From positions 1 to 20,869 of the forward strand of contig NW_021824043.1 of NCBI RefSeq assembly GCF_006345805.1: DNA of 20,869 nt, given 5' to 3'. Every line of letters begins with the position of its first letter. The stretch's first letter is position 1. Shown here in pieces: positions 9,726 through 20,869 of the stretch. The position numbers and the translations under genes were made by a program. The notes under the pieces were generated by a model. That model was given only the letters and a program-made list of their open reading frames with translations. It made no database searches and was not told where the DNA came from. Source of the DNA: Octopus sinensis. Lineage: Eukaryota.

Positions 9726-10374
9726 TATATATATACACTCACGCAGATAGATAATGCACTAGTATTTGCACATGTACAGGCACAGACACGCGCACATTCG
9801 TACACATACACATACGCACACATATGTATATATACATATTTTGGTAGTTATATGAACATATGCATATATGTATGCAATGCGTTTGAATGTATCTTAATTC
9901 TGGTAAGGGATAACAAACTCTGAAGCACCTCATGGGATGGAATGGGAATGACAGGTATATTGTTTCATATACTTTCAACATAATGGACTCTACTAAAGTA
10001 CGCCAGGAGCGGAGGGGAACAGGTGAGTCTGCTAAACCGTGCAGCAGATCGAATCTGTCACACGGAAACAATAAAGTTGCCTCCTAAGGTTTCCTACATA
10101 TATTGATCCGACGAGATGGTGGAAGATTCTCCTTAAGGCGCCGCGTAGGGACTGAACTCTGTGAAGTGAATGTTTGAATCAACTGCCGTAACCGCGACAA
10201 TGTCTTATTGTCCCTGCAGGGAAAATAGATAGAACTGACCGTAGCAGAATTTGAACTCAGGTATATTACTCAAGAAAGTAATTAACAATGATTACCAGCC
10301 TTGACATTTCTAAGTGAAACCAATATATTTCCTGTTGAATTTATGTTCAACATGACTTCCGGAAATCTGGTATC

Positions 10375-10408
<34 letters not shown>

Positions 10409-11410
10409 TGCGCGCACCTATACATGTGCGTGTGTGTTCGTGCGTGATGGAAATGAGGTTTCAACTAAATTTTTCTTTGGTAAGCATTCCGATTCCAACG
10501 AGTTGTCAGAAACATTCGATGGTTTTCTTTTCCCCACCCATTTATTTTAATGTAACCGAATGAAGGTGAAGGTGACGGTACCATGAGAGTATACCATAAA
10601 CATGACTAGTTCCTAGTAGACTGGTGCTGAACCCATGGAAACGCTCGTTCATCCGATCTCCAATTGAACTGAATGTGTCGGCCGGAACGTGGAAATTTTG
10701 AGAGGTCGACTTCACTCTCCACGAAGTGAGAAAACCATTCCTGGGTTGTTCTTTCACTAATAGCATATTCTACGTACACAGCACAAATATCTTAAGTGGC
10801 TTTGACAGCTTTGGAATTATGACAGGAAACGAAGAGAGCCAGGTGTCGAAAATGCTAATTTCTTTCTGTTTGGCATTCAAAGGTCATGGGTCTGAAAAGG
10901 GGTAAAATTTATTCAAATATCAAAATCGATAAAAATACATTTTGTATTTATTCAAACATTGGAAAGAAACGAAAGAGTTTATCTGGCTAGCCAATACTTA
11001 TGAATAAAATAATAGAAATCGTTAAAAATGGGGCTTTCTCAGAGCGGACATTGGCCGAGTATCTCGTATATAGAATTTCTCAAAATGTTCTTCAATTTGT
11101 GTACTTCACAATTTTTAATGTCGATTACTGGGTACAACAGGTCTCAATAAAGATTTACTCGATTGGTTGTTAAGTTGTTACTTGGACTTTAGATAATACG
11201 AGCTTAAGAAAAGAGTCTTTTAGTGCCAAAGGAAGAACCCAGAGTTTCTATCACTGAACACAGAGCGCACCAAGCATACTCGGTGCCTTACACAGTAGCG
11301 GGAGATTTCTGAATTAATTGCATGTATATTCCAAGACATGCAAAAACACAAACATATCGTCCGTTTGTGACTCTTTCTGTCTCTTAATGGCAACTCTATC
11401 TACCTTTCCG

Positions 11411-11527
<117 letters not shown>

Positions 11528-11529
11528 TG

Positions 11530-12264
11530 TAAATGTATATTGTATTATGTGTGTATAGTATGTATATTTGTGTATATATAAATATATTATATACCTACAC
11601 ACGTATATATGTAATACACACACGTACACACGGATATATATATATATACATATGTGTGTGTGTGCAAGCAAATATTCATAAATATGCATTTATATATTAT
11701 TTACACACACATACACACACATGCATGCACAAACAGACACATACATATATATGTATATATATACATACATACATACATATATATATACAGTCTATATACA
11801 CACATAACATATACATACATACACACACAAGTATATATATGTACGTGTGCATATGTATATACATGTATATATATGCATACATATACACACACACACGCAA
11901 ACACATACACACACACGTATATATGTACATCTACATGCATACATACATATATATTTATATATACATACAATATATATGTACATCCATAATATATATGCAT
12001 ACATGCACACATATGTATATATATATGTGCGTGTGTTTATGTATAATATATGTCTGTATGACGGTTTATGTATGTATGCATGTATAGTATATAATGTATA
12101 ATATTTATATGTATGTATAAATATCATATATATATTGTATAATATATAGATATGATATATATTATACATATATATATATTATATATATATATATATAATA
12201 TATATATACATATAATATATAATACTATATATATATATATACATATATACATATATATATATAT
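11530..12264. repeat. Long degenerate (TA)/(CA)/(TG) low-complexity tract
   Basis: Direct reading. Confidence 0.93.
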
Positions 12265-13018
12265 ACCCCCCCTAATGTGCGCGTTCCGCACTGAAGCGTG
12301 TGTAAATTCTGATAGGTTTCATTTTATTGGAACCTATAACGATTCGGAGGATTTACAGCAAAACCTAAGAGCAGAGGAAGAAGACGTCAATAATTATTTC
12401 CATCTGGAAAATATTAGAAACCGTGGCACCAAAATTTGGCATTAAACGTAGAACAATCCTTAGAATTGGCGTCATAGAAAAGAGTTAATACATGGACAAT
12501 CCCACAGACGGATGTGAACATCGTTCGGTAGCCATTTAAATGCTGTTTAGTCTGTTCTCCGACATATTGCCTCGCAATCATACAAAAATGGTGGCTAGGG
12601 GTTAGTGGTTTCATATTAATATTTTCTGTTTATTATTGGAAGGTTATGTAGTGCTTCTTCATAATTCAGATTATCCAATATCAGAAGCTTGGGAGAATAT
12701 GTAGGGATTAAGGGCTTGGGTTTATAGTTAGTCGTTAAAGAATTAATTATCAGGGAACAAATGCTAGCTCTTGAACAACTATGGAGGCCAAACGGTCACA
12801 AATATGCACGGTATTAATTTAATTAATATATATATGTATGTATGTATATATGTTTGTGTGTGCCTATACATATATACATATATCTATGTGTATGTATGAA
12901 GTTATATGTATTTAAATGTATGTAATTTGAACTGTATATATTTGTGTGTATATATGTATACATATATTTGCATGCATGTATATATATATATATATATACC
13001 TACATATATACATATATA

Positions 13019-13106
13019 GTTCAAATTTACAGAAAACAAAAGACGAAGATAGGTATAGGGACAGCAAGTAGGTGCATTAGTTTAACGCTCGGGAAGAATG
13101 AAAGAC
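13019..13106 (-). mobile_element. Repeat family B copy 3 (3' part only)
   Basis: Minus strand GTCTTTCATTCTTCCCGAGCGTTAAACTAATG...CTTCGTCTTTTGTTTTCTGTAAATTTGAAC matches 9624-9723. Confidence 0.7.
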
Positions 13107-13139
13107 ATCTCCTGCTGCTGGCTATTGACACACTCTCAT

Positions 13140-13300
13140 TTAGACACATTGCCAGCAATTTTGAGTGGAAGGGCCAGACAATATCACCGACCCCAGTATA
13201 TCACTGGTACTTTATTTTATCGAGGTATGAAAGGCAACGTTAACCACGTGCGATTTGAACTCATAATATAAAGGCTCTAACGCTCCACCAACTCTGCCAA
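13140..13300 (-). mobile_element. Decayed tRNA-derived SINE (family H-like)
   Basis: CCAGCAATTT...CGACCCCAGT...CTGGTACTTTATTTTATCGA...ATGAAAGGCAA...ATTTGAACTCA; parallels 13389-13590. Confidence 0.65.
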
Positions 13301-13388
13301 TCCATCTCTTTTATAAATCAATATACACCGAATGCCAAGACGGCATTCAAATTTCACTTAAGGGGATCATTGAGGTAACTATCATATT

Positions 13389-13590
13389 GGTCTCAAATTC
13401 TGGTACAAGGCCAACAATTTCGAGAGAGTGTGTAACTCTATTACATCGACCCTAGAGCTTAACTGCTGCTTATTTTATCGATCCCGAAAGGATGGAAGGC
13501 AAAGTCGACATCGGCGGAATTTGAACTCAAAACGTAAAGACGGACGAATTTGCGGCTAAGCATTTTGTCTGGCAAGCCAACTTTTCAGCT
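13389..13590 (-). mobile_element. tRNA-derived SINE (family H)
   Basis: Minus strand: AAATGCTTAGCCGC...TTTACGTTTTGAGTTCAAATTCCGCCGATGTCGACTTTGCCTTCCATCCTTTCGGGATCGATAAAATAAG, with a B-box-like GAGTTCAAATTCC. Confidence 0.8.
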
Positions 13591-14299
13591 GTCTTTTGTA
13601 GTTGTAATATTACGGACTTCGGTTTTGGTATTACTCTGCTTTTATAGAACAACACTGGTTTTACGCTACTGGTTTTTAAGACACTAGTCTTTAAAAAATA
13701 GGGCATATTTTATAGTGCAATCCTACATACACAATGAAAAGGAGAAGTGATCCCCACGTCTAAGACAGGAGCTAAACAAGAGCAGCAACAACTACGATTT
13801 AACTTGTTCCCTGTTAAGAAAATTTTCTTCGCCAAAGAGTTCTAAAAAATAAACAAAGTTAAACTGTTGCAACAATTATTTAATCCAGGATACGATAGAA
13901 ATCTTATTCGGCTGATTCTTTCATAGTGTCATTCACAGTTGTCATTAAACCCCCACCCCATCATAGAAAATTCTAAAATTAAACTAAAGAGCATAATCAA
14001 TAAAAAAAAACTTGATTTAAAAGAGGTAATTCCTTCGTACTTTTGTGTCATTACTTCTTTGTAATTTGAAATATTTGCAGAAATTTAATGAAAACACTGA
14101 ATAAAAGTTCAGTTCGTATTCCATTGATATAGTTTGAATATTTAATATGAATTATGTGTTTGGTGAATATTAGTTAACATTGCATCGATATCTGGCCGGA
14201 AATTTTCGCTTGAAAATTGTTTTGGGTATTTAATAAATCCTTGGATAACCTTATAGACACTTCCCACCGGCGTTGAAGACTTTTAGGGTTTCCAGTCTG

Positions 14300-14530
14300 A
14301 AGTGAGGAAAAAAGTGAATGCGGTTTCATCAGAGATGACATTTTTTTTTTTTTTTGCATTGAGCCATTGATCAATTCTGATAGACTAGACACCATTTTCT
14401 TCCACTTATCAGTGTTAATGGGAAACACGAAAAGTTTAGCTGCTGCAGCCTTTCCATGGCGTCTAGGGCCATGAAGCACACAAGGTTTTGGATGACTCAG
14501 AGTTGAGAAAATTGTGACTCTTTGTCGATC
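14300..14530 (-). pseudogene. Tc1/mariner transposase fragment
   Basis: Frameshifted translation LHGPRRHGKAAAAKLFV...KW...KNVISDETAFTFF; nucleotide similarity to 17560-17760. Confidence 0.7.
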
Positions 14531-15173
14531 ACAGATTTAAATGATCAAGGATGGTACAAAGTGAAGGTCTATATGTCTTTGTTTAGCAGCATATTTCAAC
14601 ACGAAGTGTTGGGGCGGCTATTCAAAGAATCAGGATGTTTAACTTTATGGGAAAGTCTCTGTCGACGAGATATGACGCCAAGAGTGTAAGACAATATGAT
14701 GTACACCCCATCAAAAGATGTCTTCTAAATATAGATATTAATCAGAACGACGCACGGCTAGAAGCCTATAGTACCCCTGTTGAGACAATGTGTCGTGGAT
14801 GCGCAAATGTAACTAGATAATATACTTGTTTTCTGGTTGGGTACCAGATTCAGCCATAATAGCGACAACCTAAAAGCAACAGTAATTAAAGTACAAAATA
14901 TTGCGCCGAACATTTCGTCGTAGGTTTAGTTTATTTTCAGCGTGGGATGTGATGACTTAACGGGATACGGAGATAAAACTATAAACGCGAGTATGGTAAT
15001 AAGCGAAATATAAGTTATGCGCAGTAAAAAATGGCCGAGGAGAATTTTAGTTCAGAGAAGGTGTCTAAATGCTAATCAAATAAACAGAAAGACATCACTG
15101 TAAAAAATTATGACGATTGGTGGTGTGAGGTAACGGATCCATTTCATGAATATGATATGCACACATACGTATA

Positions 15174-15215
<42 letters not shown>

Positions 15216-15290
15216 CATATATTTTTTTTTCTAGTTTCAGCTCAGAGCTGCGGCCATGCTGATGCACCGCCGTTAACATATCTATATATT

Positions 15291-15322
<32 letters not shown>

Positions 15323-15366
15323 CATATATATATAAATGTGTGTGTTGTGTGTGTGTGTGTGTGTGT

Positions 15367-15668
15367 GAAGGAGCATGGCTTAGTGGTAGGGTATTGCATT
15401 CACAATTGCGAGATCGCAGGTTCGATTCCCAAACCGGGTGTTGCGTTGAATTATTGAGCAAAGCACTTCATTTCTCGTTGCTCTACGATCATTTCGTCAT
15501 CTGACACGTGGGCATATGGTGCACCTGTACGGTTAGTGTCGATTTGATGCAACGAGTGAGCCTATGTGTACACAAACATTTGATCACTATAAACAAATCG
15601 TTTTCTGTGTGGTTATTTGGCAAGAAATTACCGAATCTACCTACGTCGTCTAACGACGGCAGAGTCCC
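15367..15668 (+). mobile_element. tRNA-derived SINE with well-preserved Pol III boxes
   Basis: A box TGGCTTAGTGG at 15376-15386, B box GGTTCGATTCC at 15419-15429, then TTGAGCAAAGCACTTCATTTC shared with family F heads. Confidence 0.8.
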
Positions 15669-15753
15669 GTCTTGTGTATATATATTCTAATCCAGAAACG
15701 GATTCGTCTATAATTAATCCAATAGGCTGGGATTTCGTTGTCTTCTTTCTCTT

Positions 15754-15801
<48 letters not shown>

Positions 15802-15802
15802 C

Positions 15803-15960
15803 GCGCGCGCATGTAAGCACACAGATGAAAAACAACATGGAGAAAATTGTACTCGGGTACCAAATCTAGAGTTATATATTATTTTATTAGAATTCAAGAA
15901 TGACCTAAAACCTGTTCCTGAGAGTTTCAAGTAACCGCTCATCAGACGCTTGTGGCAATA
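15803..15960 (-). mobile_element. Repeat family D copy with decayed hammerhead motif (15911-15949)
   Basis: Minus: GCGT-CTGATGA-GCGGTTACTT-GAAA-CTCTCAG-GA-ACAGG. The body is homologous to 933-1050 and lies between two (TA)n tracts. Confidence 0.65.
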
Positions 15961-15967
15961 ATGATAT

Positions 15968-16030
<63 letters not shown>

Positions 16031-16147
16031 CCAAAATAGCCAGTTGTAAATCTCAAGAACAGATCAGAGTAGTAACTCTGTTGACACGTCAAGTTATTTG
16101 CCACATGTGGCAGCTCCATGTTACTACTAATTTAATACAGTTCTATA

Positions 16148-16327
16148 TTTAAGAGATGGGGAATTATGTACATTATTTACATTAGACAGATATTTGTTCT
16201 CATCTTGTTTGTTGTTAACACAACGTGTCCCCAAGACACTTGATGAAGGCTGGAGAGTAAACCAGCCGAAACGTTGTGCTAACAACAAACAAGATGAGGA
16301 CAAATACCCGTCAAATGTAAATAATGT
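16148..16327. mobile_element. Family C foldback with hammerhead motif (16235-16280, + strand)
   Basis: Inverted arms ~16170-16226 / 16271-16327. GACAC-TTGATGA-A-GGCTGG-AGAGTAAA-CCAGCC-GAAA-CG-TT^GTGCT (C3->U, perfect 6-bp stem II). Confidence 0.8.
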
Positions 16328-16341
16328 CAATTATGTACTAC

Positions 16342-16737
16342 TTTAATCTCAGGCGGATCTTCCGCCAGCTGATTATCGGAGCAACGCTGCACCCTATATA
16401 CGCATATATATTGCCAGCGGAGGGAGTGAATCCCTACCATCTTCTAGCAGACAACAGTTTCGACCTGTCTTCAGTTGGCTCGTCTTCAGTTGCGAGTACC
16501 TGTTCGCTAGAGCGATAGCCAGGGTCCGCTTCAGCCAGCAATATATTGTAAACAAAGCGACCATCGGTCACTGATTTGCAGGATGAGCCAACCAACTCGA
16601 ACCTCAGTCATTCTCACAATAATGTTATTTGCTAGAGGACGGTAGGGGTTCGCTCCCCCTACTAGCAATGTATATTGTATATATAGAGTGCCGCGCTGCA
16701 CCGATAACCAGTGGCGAAAGATCTGCCTGGGGTTAAA
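16342..16737. mobile_element. Old diverged foldback element
   Basis: 16342-16459 is a diverged inverted repeat of 16621-16737; the inner GTTGGCTCGTC / GATGAGCCAAC also pair. Confidence 0.8.
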
Positions 16738-16801
16738 AAGTATAACTTGGAACAGCCACCTTGATGCGGCGATTAATTTTACGCATATGTATGAATGTAT
16801 G

Positions 16802-16838
<37 letters not shown>

Positions 16839-17109
16839 ACAAGCCGCTGCTGTTTATAGAGTGTTAAACACTTTCGGTATGCAAATTAGGGACTCCTTCA
16901 TAAAGTAACTGCTGCAATTGTTGAGTTTATAAACAGTTTGGCTGCTTGTTTCTCTGGAGATTGTCAAAATGATGTGGACGCAACCTAATAAAGTTCGAAA
17001 ATCGATTAAGGTTCTTCACCATTTTTTCGCTCTGCGGAGAAATGGCTGAAAAATTTGCCCTGTTTATAATTATACCATATGTTATGCATATATATAAATG
17101 TACCCGTAA

Positions 17110-17963
17110 TTTGAACCCATTTTAGGGGAATTTTTTGTCATTCTTCAAGTAAGATTTGTTTTACACATTTTGCGCGACGATGGTACAAGAAAGCAGCTCT
17201 TCACTATATGCTCAAAAATGCACCATAAATGATTGTTTATCATAAGATCCAGTGATTGTGCAGGCCCAATACCCGTGTTCTACTGGATCTTTGTGATCTT
17301 CGTACCATTTTTGAATAACAATAGTCGTAGGAATCTGCGCGTTGTTGCTCTGGAAGATTGCGCTAATACCATGGAACGATGTTTCTACAATAACATGGGT
17401 GTGGTCAGATAAAATACTCAGATAGCTCTTGGCTAAAAGAATTCCGTAGTAACAATTCCTCACAGAGGCACCTTCAAGCTTCATTGTAGAGACCAAATAG
17501 TCGAGGCTGGATTTTGTTTGTTTCTTCGTCACTGTCTCCTAACATAAACTCGCCCCGAAATGGAAAAAAAAGGTGAATGATGATTCATCAAAGATGACAT
17601 TTTTTCCAACGAGCCATTGATCGCTTTTGTAGAGAAGATACCATTTTATCCCGCTTAATGAGGAACAGAAATTCAGTAGTTGCAATCTTGCCACGGTATT
17701 AAGCAACAAAAGGCTTTGGTTGTCACACGGTTGGCAAAATTGTGGCTTAGCTCTGTTGTCACTTTTGCTGATATGGTTCATTGGCTTTTCTTAGACACAA
17801 TATATTTTATGATTCTGCGATGGCATTAGTGTGTTTTTCTTTCCGTGTACAATTATGCTTGAAAGAACTAGTTATTTCTTGTTGTAGAATGCTACCATAA
17901 TCTTAGGGGCTGCATCTCTTGTTCCAACAATTGACCTCTTTAGAAACCAGACAGATCACGCAA
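17110..17963 (-). pseudogene. Nearly full-length decayed Tc1-family transposase
   Basis: Across frameshifts and stops: RDLSGF*RGQ, TSSFKHN, KNVIFDESSF, YLSILSDHTHVIV...IFQSNNAQI...IQKWYEDH, SLDL...HLWCIFE, QILLEE*QKIPL. This is colinear with the Tc1 motifs DLSDFERGQIVG, VIFSDES, FQDDNAPIH, SPDLNIIEHLW and EEW.KIP. Confidence 0.9.
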
Positions 17964-18186
17964 CAAAACAAAACAAAAAACAAGTGGAAAAAGAAAAAAA
18001 CAGAATGCTGTACCATGAAATATAAGCTATACATAATGCATATGAACGTGTGTGTGTGTGTATTTATACAGACAGGAACAGTTTTCAATTTGTAATATTA
18101 CCGATAAAAAAATAAGTAAAAAGTGGTGTTTTCATTGTTTGTATATAGTGCATATATGTGTATAACACACACACACACACACAACA

Positions 18187-18231
<45 letters not shown>

Positions 18232-18484
18232 GTGTGTGTGTGTATGTGTGTGTACGCACGCACATTTACACATACACACATACTCGCACACACACACACA
18301 CACACGTATATATATTACACCCACATACACACAAGGCGTTGATGAAGACAGCCTAAATTCAAGCGAAAGAAGGAAATAAAGTGCACCAAACTACGTCACC
18401 AACACAAAACAAATGACGTAAACCTTTATCTTCCATGTTTGAACTTTTTTTCACCACATTCTACTTGATTCCGATAGGATTGTT

Positions 18485-18513
18485 ATTATTATTATCATTA
18501 TTATTATTATTAC

Positions 18514-18549
<36 letters not shown>
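18485..18549. repeat. (TTA)n microsatellite
   Basis: Direct reading. Confidence 0.95.
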
Positions 18550-18550
<1 letters not shown>

Positions 18551-19051
18551 CAATGATTATTCGTGTTGTTGTTTGTCACAGTTGAGCAATAATGTTGCTG
18601 GGATTTGCAAAGCAAAAGGAAAGTCCAACAAAACGCAGCTGGTAACCGTTAACAGAACATCCACCCCGATTTGGTACCATCCCCCAAAACACACACACAC
18701 ACTAAAACTAACACACACACACACACACACACACAGATATATATACATATATGTCAATATATACAAAGTTGTATTCCTATATTTGTATATAAATAACTTT
18801 TTCTGTATATATATATATATATGCCTTCATAGTTGTACTTCTGTATCTATATATAACTTTATGTGTGTGTGTGTGTGTATTTATATGTATGTACATTTGT
18901 GTATATAGTTAAAGAGACAGAGAGAGTTATATATGTGTGCGTATGTATGCATACATATAATATATACATGCATATATATGTATACATATAATATGTATGT
19001 ATATATATATATACATGCATATATATATATATATGTATAATATATATATAG

Positions 19052-19118
<67 letters not shown>

Positions 19119-19804
19119 ATATATATATAATCATATATAAATGCCTATATGTACATACTTATATATACATCCGTAAATGTGTTTATGCGTTTGTCTGCGT
19201 GACTTGCAGCCGACATCATTGGCTTTTAGGATCGGTTATTCCGCCAACTCTATGACGCCCAGCTTGAACTATCTGACACCATCGACGTAAAGACATCGCG
19301 TTGTGTTTACTTATTTTGGAACGAAGAATCACCTAAACCAAACTTCGCGAACCAAAATAATGCCATATGACATATTTCTAAAAATAGATTTGGGGGAATC
19401 ATTTCAAGAAGTGAAGAAGGATTATCGCGTGTGGAGGATGGATGGGAACTGAAGTGAAACTATGAGGTTGAACATTGGCATGTCTGGATGTCTGCAGAGG
19501 AAGAATGACAAGGGGTTTGTCTGAGAGAGAGAGAGAGAGAAAGGAGGAGGATGAGACCGATGAGAAAGAGGGAGTAAAGGATAGGAAGGAGGAGTACAAA
19601 GGATGGGGGAAGGAAAGGGTGGAAATAAGAGATAAGATGTTAACAATGGCAATGAATGTAAAACAAGGAAAGTAGAGAGGGTAGCCAGATAGATAGATAG
19701 GTAGGTAGGAGAGAGAGGGAGGGATAGACAGACAAACAGATAGATACATACATACATACATATATACATACATACACAGACAGAAAGAAACATAGATAGA
19801 CAGA

Positions 19805-19805
19805 C

Positions 19806-19890
<85 letters not shown>

Positions 19891-19936
19891 GATGGAGAAA
19901 TAGGTAGATAGATAGATGATAGATAGATAGAGAGAT
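19805..19936. repeat. (GATA)n microsatellite
   Basis: Direct reading. Confidence 0.95.
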
Positions 19937-20255
19937 AAGTTTCTTTATGGCCACACAGGCTGCACACAGATGGGACAAGTTACAAGGTAGATCTTTTCTT
20001 TTGGGGATGAAGAGAACAAAAACAAAAGAAAAAAAAAGGGGGTGGCGTAGGTTTTCGATCAAGAGGGATCGTAAAAGGAAGAAAGAATAAAAACAAAAAA
20101 AAACAAAAAAAAATTGAATAAAATAAAAAGAATAAAAAGAAAAAAAAAGAAAAGGAAAAGGAACAAAAGGAAAGAGAAATGAAAAAAGAAGAAAAAAGGG
20201 GGAAAAAAAGGGGAAGAGGAAAAAAAAGAACGATCAATAGGGATCGTGTATCACA
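19937..20255 (-). mobile_element. Probable 3' UTR of a LINE embedded in (GATA)n
   Basis: Minus strand: long T-rich tract, two CGATC-N6-GATCG hairpins, then ...TGTGTGGCCATAAAGAAAC running into (TATC)n; (GATA)n on both sides. Confidence 0.5.
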
Positions 20256-20329
20256 GATAGATGGATAGATAGATAAAGGATGGGAGGGAGAAAAGCAAAT
20301 AGATAGATAGATAGATGGATAGATAGATG

Positions 20330-20374
<45 letters not shown>

Positions 20375-20462
20375 AGGATGGGAGGGAGAAAAGCAAATAG
20401 ATAGATAGATAGATAGATGGATAGATAGATGGATAGATAGATAGATAGATGGATAGATAGAG

Positions 20463-20512
<50 letters not shown>

Positions 20513-20535
20513 AGGATGGGAGGGAGAAAAGCAAA
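20256..20535. repeat. Compound tandem repeat: (GATA)n spacer plus an identical 25-mer, three times
   Basis: AAAGGATGGGAGGGAGAAAAGCAAA at 20275-20299, 20373-20397 and 20511-20535. Confidence 0.92.
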
Positions 20536-20579
20536 CAAAACTTCAAATATTTCATATATGTTTATGCAAGTATTTGTGT

Positions 20580-20830
20580 TCACCCACGGGCTGGCGGTTA
20601 GGGCTTTAAATTCGCAATTTCCAGATTTTGATCGTGGTTTTGATCCCTTGGCCGTTCTGTGCTTTGTGTACTTGAGCAAAACCCTTTATTTCACCTCACT
20701 GCAGTCCAGTCAGTTATAAATGCTAATACTCTAGCAACAGACTGGTGTCCCGTTCAATAGGAATGTTGTGCTTTCGGCCATTTATATGTCACAGAAACTG
20801 GGTAACCACGTAACTACGTAAACAGCCCTA
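20580..20830 (+). mobile_element. tRNA-derived SINE (family F), diverged
   Basis: Homologous to 5112-5358 (GTTAGG, GATCG-GGTTT, CTTGAGCAAAAC, ACTGGTGTCCCGTTCA, GAAACTGGGTAAC). Confidence 0.7.
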
Positions 20831-20869
20831 TCAGTGCTAGAATTCGACACAACAATGTCCAGGGACTTT

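Noticed and set aside
14325-14331. CTGATGA on the minus strand as a hammerhead core
   Set aside because: It is the SDE codon run of the Tc1 remnant; no stem II/GAAA follows.
15031-15060. AAAAAATGGCC start of a first coding exon (MAEENFSSEK)
   Set aside because: The donor (GTGTCT) is weak, the peptide is unrecognised, and there is no other support.
15367-15440. tRNA gene
   Set aside because: A and B boxes are present, but I could not form a cloverleaf or acceptor stem, and it continues into a SINE body.
18339-18372. TTGATGAAGAC...GCGAAAG as a hammerhead
   Set aside because: No complementary stem II, stem III or NUH triplet.
12468-19259. TATGACGCC shared at ~12468(-), ~14671(+) and ~19251(+)
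   Set aside because: Only a 9-mer with little flanking similarity; cannot be separated from chance or very old repeats.
20275-20535. Thrice-repeated 25-mer as a CRISPR array
   Set aside because: The spacers are (GATA)n of unequal length, the context is eukaryotic, and there are no cas genes.

Overview
AT-rich, microsatellite-saturated, non-coding eukaryotic DNA. The SINE families match, from memory, those of octopus (cephalopod) genomes; this assignment is inference. No intact protein-coding gene is visible: nearly all listed ORFs are translations of (TA)n/(CA)n/(TATC)n/(TTA)n tracts. Supported content: several tRNA-derived SINEs, a complete non-autonomous Helitron (3040-3436), the 5' end of another at the window edge, two decayed Tc1/mariner transposase remnants, and a probable LINE 3' end embedded in (GATA)n. 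The most striking signal is a set of at least five unrelated short repeat families carrying minimal type I hammerhead-ribozyme (HHR) motifs (CUGANGA-stem II-GAAA-palindromic stem III-NUH). Several sit in foldbacks with 3' ends pointing outward, most abut (TA)n, and two inversion breakpoints fall on the stem III palindrome. This looks like a diverse population of Penelope-like/retrozyme-like non-autonomous retroelements.
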